Positions 8,491 to 19,044 are shown, counted from the stretch's first letter. The stretch: 64,000 nucleotides of DNA from Candidatus Woesebacteria bacterium (GCA_013426185.1 CP058602.1:399123-463122), one strand, 5' to 3'. The notes: generated by a model not told the origin, from the letters alone. Program-made: numbers and translations.

Positions 8491-11225
8491 TGACATTTCT
8501 TCCATTTCTTCCCCGACCCGCACCAACAGGGATCGTTTCGGCCAATCTTTTTGGAGGAAGCCTGAACCCTTTTGACCAAAGGCTTGTCTCCACTTACCGA
8601 CTCTTTTACTTCGGGAGATTGGCTTAAGCCCATCATATCGGATGTATCAACATTAGTTTGAGCCATATCAAGCGGAATCTCCTGAGGCCTTTCCATAACA
8701 CCAATCCTAAATATTCTTCGCGTAAGTTCGTCATCAATTTTTTCGAGAAGACTTTCAAAAGAATTATAAGCTTCATTTTTAAACTCAACCAAAGGATCCT
8801 TCTGTGCGTAAGCCTGAAGCCTTACATTTTCTCTTAAGCTATCCAAATAATCTATATGTTCAATCCAAAAATGATCAATCGCAGAAAGATAAGCAAACTT
8901 GTCAATTTGGTTTGAGATATCAGTGCCATACTGCTTTACCCGCGCATCATAAACATCTTTTACAACTTTCAACAAAAACCCTCTAATCTCATTTTCTCCC
9001 TCTAATTCGCTCAATTTTTTCTTAAAAGCGTCTTTTGAGGCATCATCAAAAGGAACTATTTCCAAAAATAAAGCCAAAAGATATTCATAATCAAAACTAC
9101 CTTCCCGTTGTGAAGACAAAATAATTCTGTCAATTTTCTTCTCAAGCTTTTCAAAAACAACATCATGAAGGTCATCTGCCATCAAAACTTTCCTTCTTAA
9201 CTTATAAACAACCTCCCTTTGCTGATTAGCAACATCATCGTATTCAACTACACTCTTCCTCAAATCAAAATTGAAGCCCTCAACCTTAATTTGCGCCTGC
9301 TCAATCGCCCGCGAGACAAGCCTATTTTCTATTGGCTGGTCTTCAGGAATAGCAAGCCTATCCATCAAAGATTTGATTTGATCTCCACCAAAAATACGCA
9401 TCAAGTCATCTTCAAGAGAAAGATAAAAACGAGAGGAACCAGGGTCACCCTGCCTGCCTGAACGACCACGAAGTTGATTATCAATTCTTCTTGATTCATG
9501 CCGCTCGGTGCCAATCACATAAAGCCCCCCAAGGCTAACAACTTTGTCATGATCCTCTTGCCATTTTTTGACTTCTTTTGATTTTGCCCATTTTTCCTTG
9601 GAAACCCCAGCCGGACAATCCGGAAAAGAACCTCCTAAGACAATATCAACTCCTCGCCCAGCCATATTGGTTGCAACAGTTACTGCATGGAGTTTACCAG
9701 CATCAGCAATAATTGATGCTTCTTTTTCGTGGTTTTTGGCGTTTAGGACATTGTGGGGAATTTTCTTTCTCTTTAAGTACTGGCTTATTATTTCGTTCTT
9801 TTCAATAGAAGTCGTACCCACCAAAACTGGCTGACCCTTTTTGTATCTTTCCTCAATATCAGAAACTATGGCTCCATATTTGGCACGAAGAGTTTTGTAA
9901 ATCAAATCAGGGTGATCAACCCTAATCATTGGCTTATGAGTTGGAATAACAACCACATCAAGTTTATAAATCTTTTTGAATTCCTCAGCTTCAGTGGCTG
10001 CAGTTCCTGTCATACCTGAAAGAACCTCATACATCCTGAAGTAATTCTGAAAAGAAATAGTCGCCAAAGTCTTTGACTCCTGCTGAATAGGAACGCCTTC
10101 TTTGGCCTCAACTGCCTGATGCAAACCATCACTCCAACGCCTGCCAAACATCAGTCTTCCCGTAAACTCATCAACAATAATCACCTGATTATCTTTGACA
10201 ATATAATCTCTATCTTTCAAAAAAAGCGTCTTGGCACGAAGCGCGTTTTCAATATGATGTATGGCGTCAAAATCCTTTTCATAAAGGTTGGGAACACCCA
10301 AAAGCTTTTCTACCCTTGCAATACCATGGTCAGTTAAAGTCGCTGTTTTTGCCTTTTCGTCAATTTTAAAATCAGTATCAGGGTTTAATTTTTCAACAAG
10401 CTGAGCAAATTGATAATATTTCTGGGTTGGTTCACTATCAGGAGCAGAAATTATAAGCGGCGTTCGCGCCTCATCAATTAAAACTGAGTCAACCTCATCA
10501 ACCACGGCAAAATAATGCTCACCCAAGCCTTCCTTTCCACCAGTCTTTTTGCCAAGAGGTGATGATTGAACAATCTCATCCAAACTTTGGGCCATATTGT
10601 CGCGAAGATAATCAAAACCAAACTCATTATTGGTGCCATAGGTAATATCACACTCATAAGCCTCGCGACGAGAGGATGGCCTTAAATGTTCAAGCCTCTC
10701 ATCCCCATGGCTTTTGTCAGAATAATTAGGATCAAAGACAAAAGATTTTGACTCCTGAATAATAATACCAACCGAAAGCCCCAAGAGATTAAATGTCGGT
10801 CCATTCCAACCAGCATCGCGTCTTGCTAGATAGTCATTGACCGTCACAAGATGAGCGCCTCTTTCTTTTAAGGCACGAAGATACAAAGCAGGAACAGCAG
10901 ATAAAGTTTTTCCCTCGCCTGTTTTCTGCTCTGCCACTTTGCCTTCAAACAAGGCAACTGCCGCCATCAACTGGACATCAAAATGCCTAAGGCCAATAGC
11001 GCGAAAGGAAGCCTCACGCACTAAAGCAAAGGCTTCAGGCAAGATGGATTCCAAAGACTCGCCTTTATTAATTCTTTCTTTAAACTCCTGTGTCTTTTTG
11101 GCAAAATCCGAGTCTTTTAGCTTTTTGACCTTTGAATCGTAAGAGTTGATTTTCTCAACTACTTTGGCAAGGCGATCAACTTCTTTAGCATTTAAATCAA
11201 GCAATTTGGAAATAAATTTAAACAT
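8466..11225 (-). CDS. secA: preprotein translocase subunit SecA
   Basis: KTGEGKT, VTVNDYLA, DEVDSVLIDEARTPLII, GRSGRQGDPG, C-terminal SEC-C GRNDPCWCGSGKKWKKCH. Confidence 0.98.
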   Translation of the reverse strand: MFKFISKLLDLNAKEVDRLAKVVEKINSYDSKVKKLKDSDFAKKTQEFKERINKGESLESILPEAFALVREASFRAIGLRHFDVQLMAAVALFEGKVAEQKTGEGKTLSAVPALYLRALKERGAHLVTVNDYLARRDAGWNGPTFNLLGLSVGIIIQESKSFVFDPNYSDKSHGDERLEHLRPSSRREAYECDITYGTNNEFGFDYLRDNMAQSLDEIVQSSPLGKKTGGKEGLGEHYFAVVDEVDSVLIDEARTPLIISAPDSEPTQKYYQFAQLVEKLNPDTDFKIDEKAKTATLTDHGIARVEKLLGVPNLYEKDFDAIHHIENALRAKTLFLKDRDYIVKDNQVIIVDEFTGRLMFGRRWSDGLHQAVEAKEGVPIQQESKTLATISFQNYFRMYEVLSGMTGTAATEAEEFKKIYKLDVVVIPTHKPMIRVDHPDLIYKTLRAKYGAIVSDIEERYKKGQPVLVGTTSIEKNEIISQYLKRKKIPHNVLNAKNHEKEASIIADAGKLHAVTVATNMAGRGVDIVLGGSFPDCPAGVSKEKWAKSKEVKKWQEDHDKVVSLGGLYVIGTERHESRRIDNQLRGRSGRQGDPGSSRFYLSLEDDLMRIFGGDQIKSLMDRLAIPEDQPIENRLVSRAIEQAQIKVEGFNFDLRKSVVEYDDVANQQREVVYKLRRKVLMADDLHDVVFEKLEKKIDRIILSSQREGSFDYEYLLALFLEIVPFDDASKDAFKKKLSELEGENEIRGFLLKVVKDVYDARVKQYGTDISNQIDKFAYLSAIDHFWIEHIDYLDSLRENVRLQAYAQKDPLVEFKNEAYNSFESLLEKIDDELTRRIFRIGVMERPQEIPLDMAQTNVDTSDMMGLSQSPEVKESVSGDKPLVKRVQASSKKIGRNDPCWCGSGKKWKKCHYPDPGPN

Positions 11226-11305
11226 ACTCAGTGCAAAAAATATTAACAAGGTAAGTATAGCAAAGAAAACTGCTAAGTGATAATGAAGACTTAAGAAATC
11301 AAAAA

Positions 11306-11384
11306 CAGTAGGCTAAAGGCCGTAAAAGAAAAAAGCAACCAAAGAACGCTTCTTCCTTTTTAAAAAGACGCTTTAGCCTACTGT
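11306..11384 (-). terminator. large stem-loop closing the accessory operon (putative terminator or 3' end structure)
   Basis: ACAGTAGGCTAAAG ... CTTTAGCCTACTGT inverted repeat just beyond the last trailer arm. Confidence 0.5.
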
Positions 11385-11390
11385 AATTTT

Positions 11391-11403
11391 AAGCCAAACA
11401 AAC
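11391..11403 (-). promoter_or_regulatory. trailer arm of module 5
   Basis: AAGCCAAACAAAC is the exact reverse complement of 12921-12933. Confidence 0.7.
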
Positions 11404-11468
11404 TTAAAAGAGGTGAGGCAAACCCCTAAAAATAAGGATAAAAAAGGGTCTGCCCCACCTAATAAAAC

Positions 11469-12800
11469 TTAATACTGAGGATCAGGGTTCTCCTCACAAT
11501 ACTTCAAAATACGCCTGTGCGTCTCCTCTGGGGGAAGAAGTCTCCCTGCGCTGTCAAAGAAACAGTCTTTTTTGACTTTTTCCTGTTCCTTCCGAAGCGC
11601 CTCTGGGATTAACCTCTCGGAACGTCGGGTATAGGTTTCCAAAGGTATAACACTTATCTTTGGAAAAGGAATCTGAGGACTAGGGACGAGGCGAATTCGG
11701 GAAGTGGTATTATGATCCGCTGTCATCAGAGCAAACTGAGCTAGTGGATCCGCAGACTTGTTGCCATCTAAAACCGATACTATGTTAGTATTAGATGTAC
11801 CAAGCTTAGGATAAAAACCACCTCTTCCAACCATAGCCGCAACCCTACTTATCGCCTCAGTAGGAATTCCACCCGTAACCATTCCACCACCCGGTTCTGC
11901 TACAGCTCTAAAAGCATCAACTGCACGCGACGCGCTCTCATAAAAAGTAATACAATGGTAGTGCGCCCCAAGAACAAGGCTACGGTGGTACCCCCAAAGA
12001 AAGACCTGCCACTGAAATTCCTGCGGGACCCCCTTGGGAGCAGACCAAACTTCAACTAAGCCATGGGGGGTATTTTGGAGAAGATCTAAATAATCACTTA
12101 GGTCCTCACCACGCTCTCCCACAAAGACCAACACTGCACAAATCCTCGAGTCCTGAGTCAATTTTAAAACTTCCTTCCAGGCCTCAAGAATAAGAGTAGT
12201 TTTACCCAAGCCGCCCTCACCAAGAATATAAGTTGTTTGCCCATAACCTTGAACAGCTCCCAAAAGATAAATCATTCTCCAAGCTATACTTCCGCCTTTA
12301 TCCAGAGGGATTATCTCTTGAGGATATTCAGGCAACACTTCAAAGTCAAAAAATGGCCTATGAGAGAAAGGCTTTTGGCCATTTACGGAAGTGATACAGA
12401 CCAGATCACCCTCAACCCCCACCTCCACTTTATCCCCCATCCTCAAATTGTAATACTTCACTATAGGTGGAGGGACTTCCAAACCCCAGCTTTTCAAATC
12501 ATCCGAATTGATATCACCCTTTTTCAAAAGGTCGGCATAATCTGCAGGGTTTAGGTAGTGCGGGTAAGGGTTCGGAAGAGTCACACTCTCTCCATCAAAA
12601 GCCCAAAAACACGTGGGGCCGTCTGGCTTGACCAGGACTGCCTGAGAACTCTGGCCTATTATCTGATCAGATGGAAAAGAAGTTAAAACCCTTCGCAGGT
12701 CTTTTTCTAAAACCAAAACGGTCCTGGGAACAGGTTTATCCCCATAAAGGAGTAGCTCTTTAGGGTCAACCTCCTCCTGAATAACATAAGCAGAAATCAT
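11469..12800 (-). CDS. divergent transcription termination factor Rho paralogue
   Basis: OB-fold segment VPPPIVKYYNLRMGDKV (Rho VSPSQIRRFNLRTGDTI); GYGQ...GEGGLGKT; VGERGED (DERPEE); Q-loop GGMVTGGI (GKVLTGGV); FPKI...YTRRSERL (FPAI...GTRKEELL); strong SD AGGAGG. Confidence 0.8.
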   Translation of the reverse strand: MISAYVIQEEVDPKELLLYGDKPVPRTVLVLEKDLRRVLTSFPSDQIIGQSSQAVLVKPDGPTCFWAFDGESVTLPNPYPHYLNPADYADLLKKGDINSDDLKSWGLEVPPPIVKYYNLRMGDKVEVGVEGDLVCITSVNGQKPFSHRPFFDFEVLPEYPQEIIPLDKGGSIAWRMIYLLGAVQGYGQTTYILGEGGLGKTTLILEAWKEVLKLTQDSRICAVLVFVGERGEDLSDYLDLLQNTPHGLVEVWSAPKGVPQEFQWQVFLWGYHRSLVLGAHYHCITFYESASRAVDAFRAVAEPGGGMVTGGIPTEAISRVAAMVGRGGFYPKLGTSNTNIVSVLDGNKSADPLAQFALMTADHNTTSRIRLVPSPQIPFPKISVIPLETYTRRSERLIPEALRKEQEKVKKDCFFDSAGRLLPPEETHRRILKYCEENPDPQY

Positions 12801-12920
12801 AGTTCCTCCTTTTTCTATTACTATTTTACCCTCGAGGACTTGGCGCTATTTTTCTTTTTGGATACGCCACGCCATAGGCTTAAAGCAAAACTTAAAGACC
12901 ATGGCATGGCGTACCCAATC

Positions 12921-12942
12921 GTTTGTTTGGCTTTCAAAGTGC
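12921..12942 (-). promoter_or_regulatory. boxA-like motif GCACTTTGAAAG with leader arm of module 5
   Basis: Minus strand GCACTTTGAAAGCCAAACAAAC directly after a hairpin. Confidence 0.7.
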
Positions 12943-13075
12943 CCTTCTTTAATTAAAGCTATAGAAGGCTTATCTTCCTGCTTTAAGCAAAGAAGAATTA
13001 AATTTTTAAATAAATTCTCTAGTTTTAACCAACTAACAAAAGCTAGTTGGCTAAAAAAGAGACACAGCAAGAAAG
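12936..13075 (-). repeat. structured intergenic repeat copy D (trailer arm + three hairpins + boxA-like motif)
   Basis: Near-identical to 15182-15320 and 18768-18905. Confidence 0.9.
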
Positions 13076-13146
13076 TTAATTAAAAAGGGCGTTTACCAAA
13101 AGAAAAGGAGGATGGGAATCAAAGATCCCCATCCTCTGGGCCAAAC

Positions 13147-13329
13147 TCAAAAATTAGAGATCCAGTAATTAATGAGACTAAGTAATATACAGAGAAAAGA
13201 AAGCACCAAAAAACTTAAAACATAAAACAAGCAAGATCGCCACACCATTGTCTTTTCAAACCTGTTGGGATCTGGCAATTCAAATCTTACATATCTTCCC
13301 ATAGTTACCTCAACTCCATAAACTGGCAC
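13147..13329 (-). CDS. small membrane protein
   Basis: One TM segment; operon position; followed by a 3' hairpin at 13108-13136; start uncertain. Confidence 0.5.
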   Translation of the reverse strand: MPVYGVEVTMGRYVRFELPDPNRFEKTMVWRSCLFYVLSFLVLSFLCILLSLINYWISNF

Positions 13330-13799
13330 AAAAACAAATAGTAATACCGGCGAGAAGGAAACTCTTTCCTAACTGCTGGGCCAACAATAGCAAGACTCCA
13401 ATCAAGGTAAAAAGGTATTCCAGTGGATGAAACAGCAATACTATCAACGCCAAATTCAACCAGAGCCTGTTTCGGCCAAAGGGAAGCCATCGCTTCTAAA
13501 AATCTATCCACCCAAAGAGCCAGATTACAACCCTCGTCTAAAAACTCTTCGAGAGTAATGTAGCCATTATTAGGATAGACAATAGCTCTTTCACCCTCAG
13601 GACTAGCCTCAAACCCAAGGCCTAACTTTCTAGCCTGAAAGTTAAAAGCCTCTAGAACACGATCCCTCTGATCAGGGTTGCCAAAAATCTGGACTCTAGC
13701 AAATTCTGGGGAATATCTAAATCCCCAAACAGGAAAACTCCCATCCCAGGATCCAGGAAGAAAACAATTAAACGCAGGAGCATAAATATCTGTGTCCAC
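13305..13799 (-). CDS. hypothetical protein
   Basis: GTG start with strong SD GGGAGG. Confidence 0.7.
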   Translation of the reverse strand: MDTDIYAPAFNCFLPGSWDGSFPVWGFRYSPEFARVQIFGNPDQRDRVLEAFNFQARKLGLGFEASPEGERAIVYPNNGYITLEEFLDEGCNLALWVDRFLEAMASLWPKQALVEFGVDSIAVSSTGIPFYLDWSLAIVGPAVRKEFPSRRYYYLFLCQFMELR

Positions 13800-13814
13800 T
13801 TTTCCTCCCTCTTT

Positions 13815-15029
13815 TTACTCCTGATCGCTCCCTACATAGATAACAGAACCAGAAGGGCCTTGGCTTTCATCAACCTCATTAGAAGATGAAGAAGTTGAAG
13901 ACGAACTAAGAACCCTGCCAGTTAACAACGAAAAGAAAGGGCCCTGCTGCCCTTGCTGCTGCTGTTCCGCCTGCAACCGTCTGGACTCATCCCTCGCTCT
14001 GAAAAGAATCTCTTTCAGACGAGAAACATCATCCATATAAGGAAGAAAATCTGTGCCGGATTTATTAATGTAGATGATTAGCAAAGCCCCAGTGCCATAC
14101 TTCCTGTACCAGAGTGAAAGGAAAAATTCCTTAAACCACCCGGTTTTGAACCTGTTTTTTACCTCCGGATCTAAATCGACTGTAACATCCTCCGGATCTG
14201 CAGCCGTCAACACATCCTGGATACCAGAGTTGACAGTCAAAGAGGTAACAGGAAGCCCTGAATGGCCACCTGAAAAAAACAGATGCTTCAAAAAAGCCCG
14301 TGTAGTCTCAGGAAGTAAAAGTATTGCTAAGACTAAAATAATGCTCCCAAAGATCCACAAGTTAAAAATACCAACAATCAAAAGAAAAACCATAAAGATC
14401 AATGGCTTGATAACAGGCATCAAGCCAAGGAGGTTCTTCCTGATCCTTAACAAGACTGAATTGTGTGTAAAGACTGTAAAAATTGTCGTCCTCCGATCCC
14501 ACTCCAGAAGGGATAACTTCACAACAAGGACCAACACTAAAAGACAAACAAGAATTATATTTGCCCCAATATTTAGAGGCAAAGGTAAAAAAAACCATAA
14601 AGCGAAAGAGATAAACCAACCCAAGATGGTAACAAGTGGCAAAAATTGCCAGTTCATCACAAAATCCACTGTCGCCACTTTTGAAGGCAGCTGACGGTGG
14701 AATAAAATCTCACGATCTCGAGCGCGATAAACTAACTTGTCTTCTTTGGGAAGCCAGAAAAAACTAAATAGCCGGAGAAGAAAACCAGGTTTCTCCTCCG
14801 ACCCGACCGCAATTTTGGAAAAGATGGAATACAACAATATTACAGCCGCTAAAGTAGCAAGGCTGTAAAAAATGTAATATCCCGCTCTTCCAAAATCGAT
14901 CTGAAATTCAGGAAGACCAAAACTTACAAGGTCTATCCCAAAAAGGCTTAGCATAAAAAGGTAACCCAAAGCGGCTACCAAAACAAAAACCAAGGCCAAT
15001 ATAGCCCCTAAAAAATTCTTTCCTTCCAT
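13815..15029 (-). CDS. polytopic membrane protein with possible C-terminal bacterial PH-like domain
   Basis: About 6 TM segments; YGTGALLI...FLPYMDDVSRLKEIL resembles the bPH_2 pattern; ATG 15029 with SD GGGAG. Confidence 0.65.
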   Translation of the reverse strand: MEGKNFLGAILALVFVLVAALGYLFMLSLFGIDLVSFGLPEFQIDFGRAGYYIFYSLATLAAVILLYSIFSKIAVGSEEKPGFLLRLFSFFWLPKEDKLVYRARDREILFHRQLPSKVATVDFVMNWQFLPLVTILGWFISFALWFFLPLPLNIGANIILVCLLVLVLVVKLSLLEWDRRTTIFTVFTHNSVLLRIRKNLLGLMPVIKPLIFMVFLLIVGIFNLWIFGSIILVLAILLLPETTRAFLKHLFFSGGHSGLPVTSLTVNSGIQDVLTAADPEDVTVDLDPEVKNRFKTGWFKEFFLSLWYRKYGTGALLIIYINKSGTDFLPYMDDVSRLKEILFRARDESRRLQAEQQQQGQQGPFFSLLTGRVLSSSSTSSSSNEVDESQGPSGSVIYVGSDQE

Positions 15030-15060
15030 AGATCTCTCCCTTCCGAAAAACAAATTTTTA

Positions 15061-15322
15061 TGGCTCCTCTTGTTTTTGGGTGAGCCTCGATTAATCTCCT
15101 AAACTCAAATTAGAGAATTAAGAAACTAATCAAGGCTCACCCAGATTGGTGTGGGATAATCTTCTTTCTTGCTGTGTTGTTAAAGTGCCCTTCTTTACTT
15201 AAAGAATAGAAGGCTTATCTTCCTGCTTTAAGTAAAGAAGAATTAAATTTTTAAATAAATTCTCTAGTTTTAACCAACTAACAAAAGCTAGTTGGCTAAA
15301 AAAGAGACACAGCAAGAAAGAA
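15061..15322 (-). repeat. structured intergenic repeat copy A (trailer arm, hairpins, boxA-like GCACTTTAACAA, leader arm, 5' hairpin)
   Basis: About 260 bp nearly identical to 18646-18905; stems contain G-U pairs on the minus strand. Confidence 0.95.
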
Positions 15323-15377
15323 AAAAGAAGTGAAAGGACCGCCAAAAAGAAGGCTTTGAAACTTGAAAGCAGTCCTT

Positions 15378-16634
15378 TCACTTACAAAACAAAATAGAAT
15401 GGTCTTGGATATTCGAGGAGGCCTGCCTTAGCCAAACATGCGCATGGGCAGCCGTTGAATTCCCAATATTACCCACACTGCCTATTTCCCGTCCGGCTGT
15501 GACTTGGCTCCCCACGGCAAGATTTTCAGGAAAATGCAAATGCATTATCCCTAGTTCTGTACCGTTTTCCAACTTGAGGGTTAGAATAGAATTGCCCAAG
15601 CCATCATAAAACATAGCTGTGACAACCCCATTCATTGGAGTAAAAAGCGGAGTCCCATCAGAAGCTATATAATCATAGCCTTTGATGAGTCCACAGCTCC
15701 AACTTGTACCCTCACAGCCGGTGTGGTAACCTCGAGGACCAATGGTATACATGCCACCAATAAGGGGCTTGCAGTCACCATCGCCTCCAGGATTATCAAC
15801 CGGCAAACCTTCACCTGGGCTGTCATCATAGGCATAAGCAACTTTCGGAAAGATTCCAAGAAGTTGCAAAGCCTCCAAGACAATTTTTTTCCAGAACAAA
15901 GGCTTAAGAACTACACGGTTGGCCCCGGGGGTTGTTGCTATCGGCAATTTATCTCCAGTTCTACTCAGAAGCTCTGAGTAGAGCCGGTAGACAAATTCAC
16001 CCTGCGGAGGATAACGATTCCACCCCATAAACTCGTTAATAAAATTCTCCTTCCCCTTAGAATAGGCGTCATCCAGTCCTATCAGCTTGTAATAAACACA
16101 AGCCGCATAGGCTGACGCCCGCCTATCAGTTCGATCAGGGATAGGGAACACTTCCAAAAGTTCAGGGTAAAGCTCCGGGATTTGAACGGTCCAGAGCCTT
16201 TCCCATGTGGAATCTATAAACTGCCAAGTACCAATAGCAGTTGCCCTGTTTTTAGTCCTATAATTGGTATAGGAACTAGATTCACTAAAAGCAACCGCTA
16301 TGTTAAGGCGCGGATCACACCATGGGAAATGCATATAAGCCTCCCAGACCGGATCCCACACCTCAGGAGGAGCATAAAACTCTACCTCATTTCCATTCCA
16401 ATAGGTTATGGTGAATGGTTGGATAACTGTCTCTTTACCATCCACCACAACTGGAACGGAACGGATATTAAAATCCTGGACCCCCAGGAGTCCGGAAACG
16501 ACTTCTTCATAATGCTGGGGGTCCGTGTCATGATAGTAACCCAAGGATAAAACCATGGTTACTATCAAGACAAATAGGAAAAAAGGGGTATTAGCCAAAA
16601 GAAGAAGGAAGAGTTTAAGAGTCAGTTTCTTCAT
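15378..16634 (-). CDS. membrane-anchored lytic transglycosylase (SLT-like) + M23 peptidase cell-wall hydrolase
   Basis: IAVAFSESS...AIGTWQFIDSTW (SLT); GYDY..GTPLFTPMNGVV...MHL...VGNIGNSTAAHAH (M23); N-terminal TM. Confidence 0.85.
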   Translation of the reverse strand: MKKLTLKLFLLLLANTPFFLFVLIVTMVLSLGYYHDTDPQHYEEVVSGLLGVQDFNIRSVPVVVDGKETVIQPFTITYWNGNEVEFYAPPEVWDPVWEAYMHFPWCDPRLNIAVAFSESSSYTNYRTKNRATAIGTWQFIDSTWERLWTVQIPELYPELLEVFPIPDRTDRRASAYAACVYYKLIGLDDAYSKGKENFINEFMGWNRYPPQGEFVYRLYSELLSRTGDKLPIATTPGANRVVLKPLFWKKIVLEALQLLGIFPKVAYAYDDSPGEGLPVDNPGGDGDCKPLIGGMYTIGPRGYHTGCEGTSWSCGLIKGYDYIASDGTPLFTPMNGVVTAMFYDGLGNSILTLKLENGTELGIMHLHFPENLAVGSQVTAGREIGSVGNIGNSTAAHAHVWLRQASSNIQDHSILFCK

Positions 16635-18615
16635 CCTCTTCCCCTTTCGGCTTAATACGTTCGACAAAACTCAGAAGGGGGTAGTGGAGATGCTGATTCA
16701 GGGTGACTACTAACTCACCTGTTTGCGGGTTTATCACCTTAGCCAGATGACCTGTGCCCTCACCCATCTTAAACAAAAAATTAAAGGATTGGACCACATC
16801 TCCAATAACTTTCTTAAAATCATCGACATTCTGGATAGCTATCCAGATACGTATGCCAGCGTTTGCCCCTTGAGTTACAAACCAGTTAATAGTTCTTGCA
16901 AGATTAACTGCCGTGTCCCAAGGCAAGCTTCCCAAGACAGGGTGATCCTTCTGCTGGTTCGCCAAGTGCGACCAGTTATCTACAACCAACAGTAGATCAC
17001 TCCCAGTCTGAGGATAAAAATCTACCATAGCCCTTTTAAGGCTATTCAGAAAGCTATCCAGATACGCAAGCCAGCCAAGAGTATTGCCGGACTTAAGTTC
17101 AAAAGCGACAGACCTCGTTGGAAAACCGTATTTCTTCCACTCTTCAACAAGCTCTACAACATGGCCTTCTGCGATTTTGCCATATTCAACATGAAGCTGC
17201 AATTGTTTCTCTCTAACCTCTTTGTCAGTCGGATTGTTGTTGCTATCCTCATTTCTGAGAACATCCAATGCATCCGGCAGAATTAACTCAAATACCTTAC
17301 CACCTTCTTCACGTATTCTAGTCGCAGCTCTATCCAAACGGCTTGCAGTCAAATCCACCCACACTACAACTCTTTTTGCCTGAGCCGCTAACACCTGCAT
17401 AATAGTGGATTTACCCGCCTTCTTTGATGGGCCCACAAACACCCACGAAGGGTACAATTTGGGATTTATTAGATAGGGGGTTCTGCCCACATGGCCAAGA
17501 ACCAATGACCCGTTCGGATCTCCAACGGGTATAATGGCCTCGGCCACTTGCTGCAAAATCCCAGAAGGAGAGACACTAGTCCATCCTCTAACAGAGTGTC
17601 TTCCAAAACGGCCAGGCAAATTCGGACCGCCAGGGAAAAAGGCGCGCCAGGCAATTTCCAGATCAGCCCCTGTAACAAGCTTCCAGTTACTGATTTCCAG
17701 TAACTTTCCGCTCATTGACAATACTGACTGAGAGTCACCCTTGCGCACTTTTAACCGCAGAAGTGGCGTAACAAAAAGAAAGGGTGTTCCTCTCTGAAAT
17801 TCGAGGCGGAGGAAAATATCAACAGGCAGCTTTAGCAACTCGGCAAAATTCTTCGAGCTGAGCTGCCCGCCATCCCAGAAATAAAACGACCATTGATTGT
17901 CTATGACAACCTGATCGTCTACGAACACCACCGACCGCGGCGATGCATAGTCTAGGTGACACGCATCACCCGTCATAGGGTCGTGGGAAATATAGTTAAG
18001 CTTCGGAGGAAGACCATAAACTAATGAATGGAGCCCTGAACCTGCATTACTACTGTTCAGGACTTTCCCTCCAAAAACACCACTAAAACGTGGTGCGAAG
18101 TTGGGAGGAACAAAAAGCCAAAGAGTTCGAGCAATGTGGATAGAACTATCATCGTTCCCCACTGCCCATCTTTTTATAGCATCCAAGAAGCTCCTCCGAT
18201 AGTCGTTTGCCCCCTCAGTCAGACGAGACAGGTTTCCAAAAAACCGGCCAAACATCAGGGGGTGGCAAGTGAGCACCAAGCGCAAGTCATAGCATCCCAT
18301 CTCGGGAAGCTTGAATAGCGCCGGCACCTCAACTACCTTGCCATTACCGGCGTCAAATGGGTAAGGAGAAAGGGTACTCCCGTCAGTAAAAACCAATACA
18401 GAGTTGGCACCGCTCTTCCCAACAAAGGTAGCTTGTATCTTGTCACCGTCAACCACTTTTGACGGTAATACCCTAAGACCACCAAATAACCAAGCGGTAC
18501 TGGTGTCCTCGTTGTGCCCATTTACCCCGACAACAGGGTCTCTAGGAGGTGGTAAAAGAGGCTGATGTCTCCCATTAAGACCCAAACGATGGAGTAAAAG
18601 CTGAAGACTATTCAT
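16615..18615 (-). CDS. VirB4/HerA-like P-loop ATPase
   Basis: C-terminal VFVGPSKKAGKST (Walker A), LLLVVDNW (Walker B), GIRIWIAIQNVDDF sensor; large N-terminal domain. Confidence 0.65.
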   Translation of the reverse strand: MNSLQLLLHRLGLNGRHQPLLPPPRDPVVGVNGHNEDTSTAWLFGGLRVLPSKVVDGDKIQATFVGKSGANSVLVFTDGSTLSPYPFDAGNGKVVEVPALFKLPEMGCYDLRLVLTCHPLMFGRFFGNLSRLTEGANDYRRSFLDAIKRWAVGNDDSSIHIARTLWLFVPPNFAPRFSGVFGGKVLNSSNAGSGLHSLVYGLPPKLNYISHDPMTGDACHLDYASPRSVVFVDDQVVIDNQWSFYFWDGGQLSSKNFAELLKLPVDIFLRLEFQRGTPFLFVTPLLRLKVRKGDSQSVLSMSGKLLEISNWKLVTGADLEIAWRAFFPGGPNLPGRFGRHSVRGWTSVSPSGILQQVAEAIIPVGDPNGSLVLGHVGRTPYLINPKLYPSWVFVGPSKKAGKSTIMQVLAAQAKRVVVWVDLTASRLDRAATRIREEGGKVFELILPDALDVLRNEDSNNNPTDKEVREKQLQLHVEYGKIAEGHVVELVEEWKKYGFPTRSVAFELKSGNTLGWLAYLDSFLNSLKRAMVDFYPQTGSDLLLVVDNWSHLANQQKDHPVLGSLPWDTAVNLARTINWFVTQGANAGIRIWIAIQNVDDFKKVIGDVVQSFNFLFKMGEGTGHLAKVINPQTGELVVTLNQHLHYPLLSFVERIKPKGEEDEETDS

Positions 18616-18645
18616 AAAACTCTCCTTTCCGAAAAAAAATTTTAC

Positions 18646-18908
18646 TGGCTCCTCTTGTTTTTGGGTGAGCCTCGATTAATCTCCTAAACTCAAATCTAGA
18701 GAATTAAGAAACTAATCAAGGCTCACCCAGATTGGTGTGGGATAATCTTCTTTCTTGCTGTGTTGTTAAAGTGCCCTTCTTTACTTAAAGAATAGAAGGC
18801 TTATCTTCCTGCTTTAAGTAAAGAAGAATTAAATTTTTAGATAAATTCTCCAGTTTTAACCAACTAACAAAAGCTAGTTGGCTAAAAAAGAGACACAGCA
18901 AGAAATTT
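18646..18908 (-). repeat. structured intergenic repeat copy B
   Basis: Near-identical to copy A; trailer arm 18893-18908, boxA-like motif 18763-18774, leader arm 18748-18763. Confidence 0.95.
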
Positions 18909-19044
18909 TTGGATAAAAGAAAGTTAATCGGCAATTAACCAAAGCTTTTTTGGAATGCTTCAAATTAACTTTCTCAAACAAAAAAAGAGAGGATGGTAGT
19001 TCCTTGATTTGTTCCTTGAAAGAAAAGGAACTACCATCCCTCAA

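Noticed and set aside
12846-13083. ORFs 12846..13070(-), 12901..13083(+) and 15199..15381(-) with near-identical peptides
   Set aside because: They are translations of the structured intergenic repeat, lack ribosome-binding sites, and the frame is not preserved in all copies.
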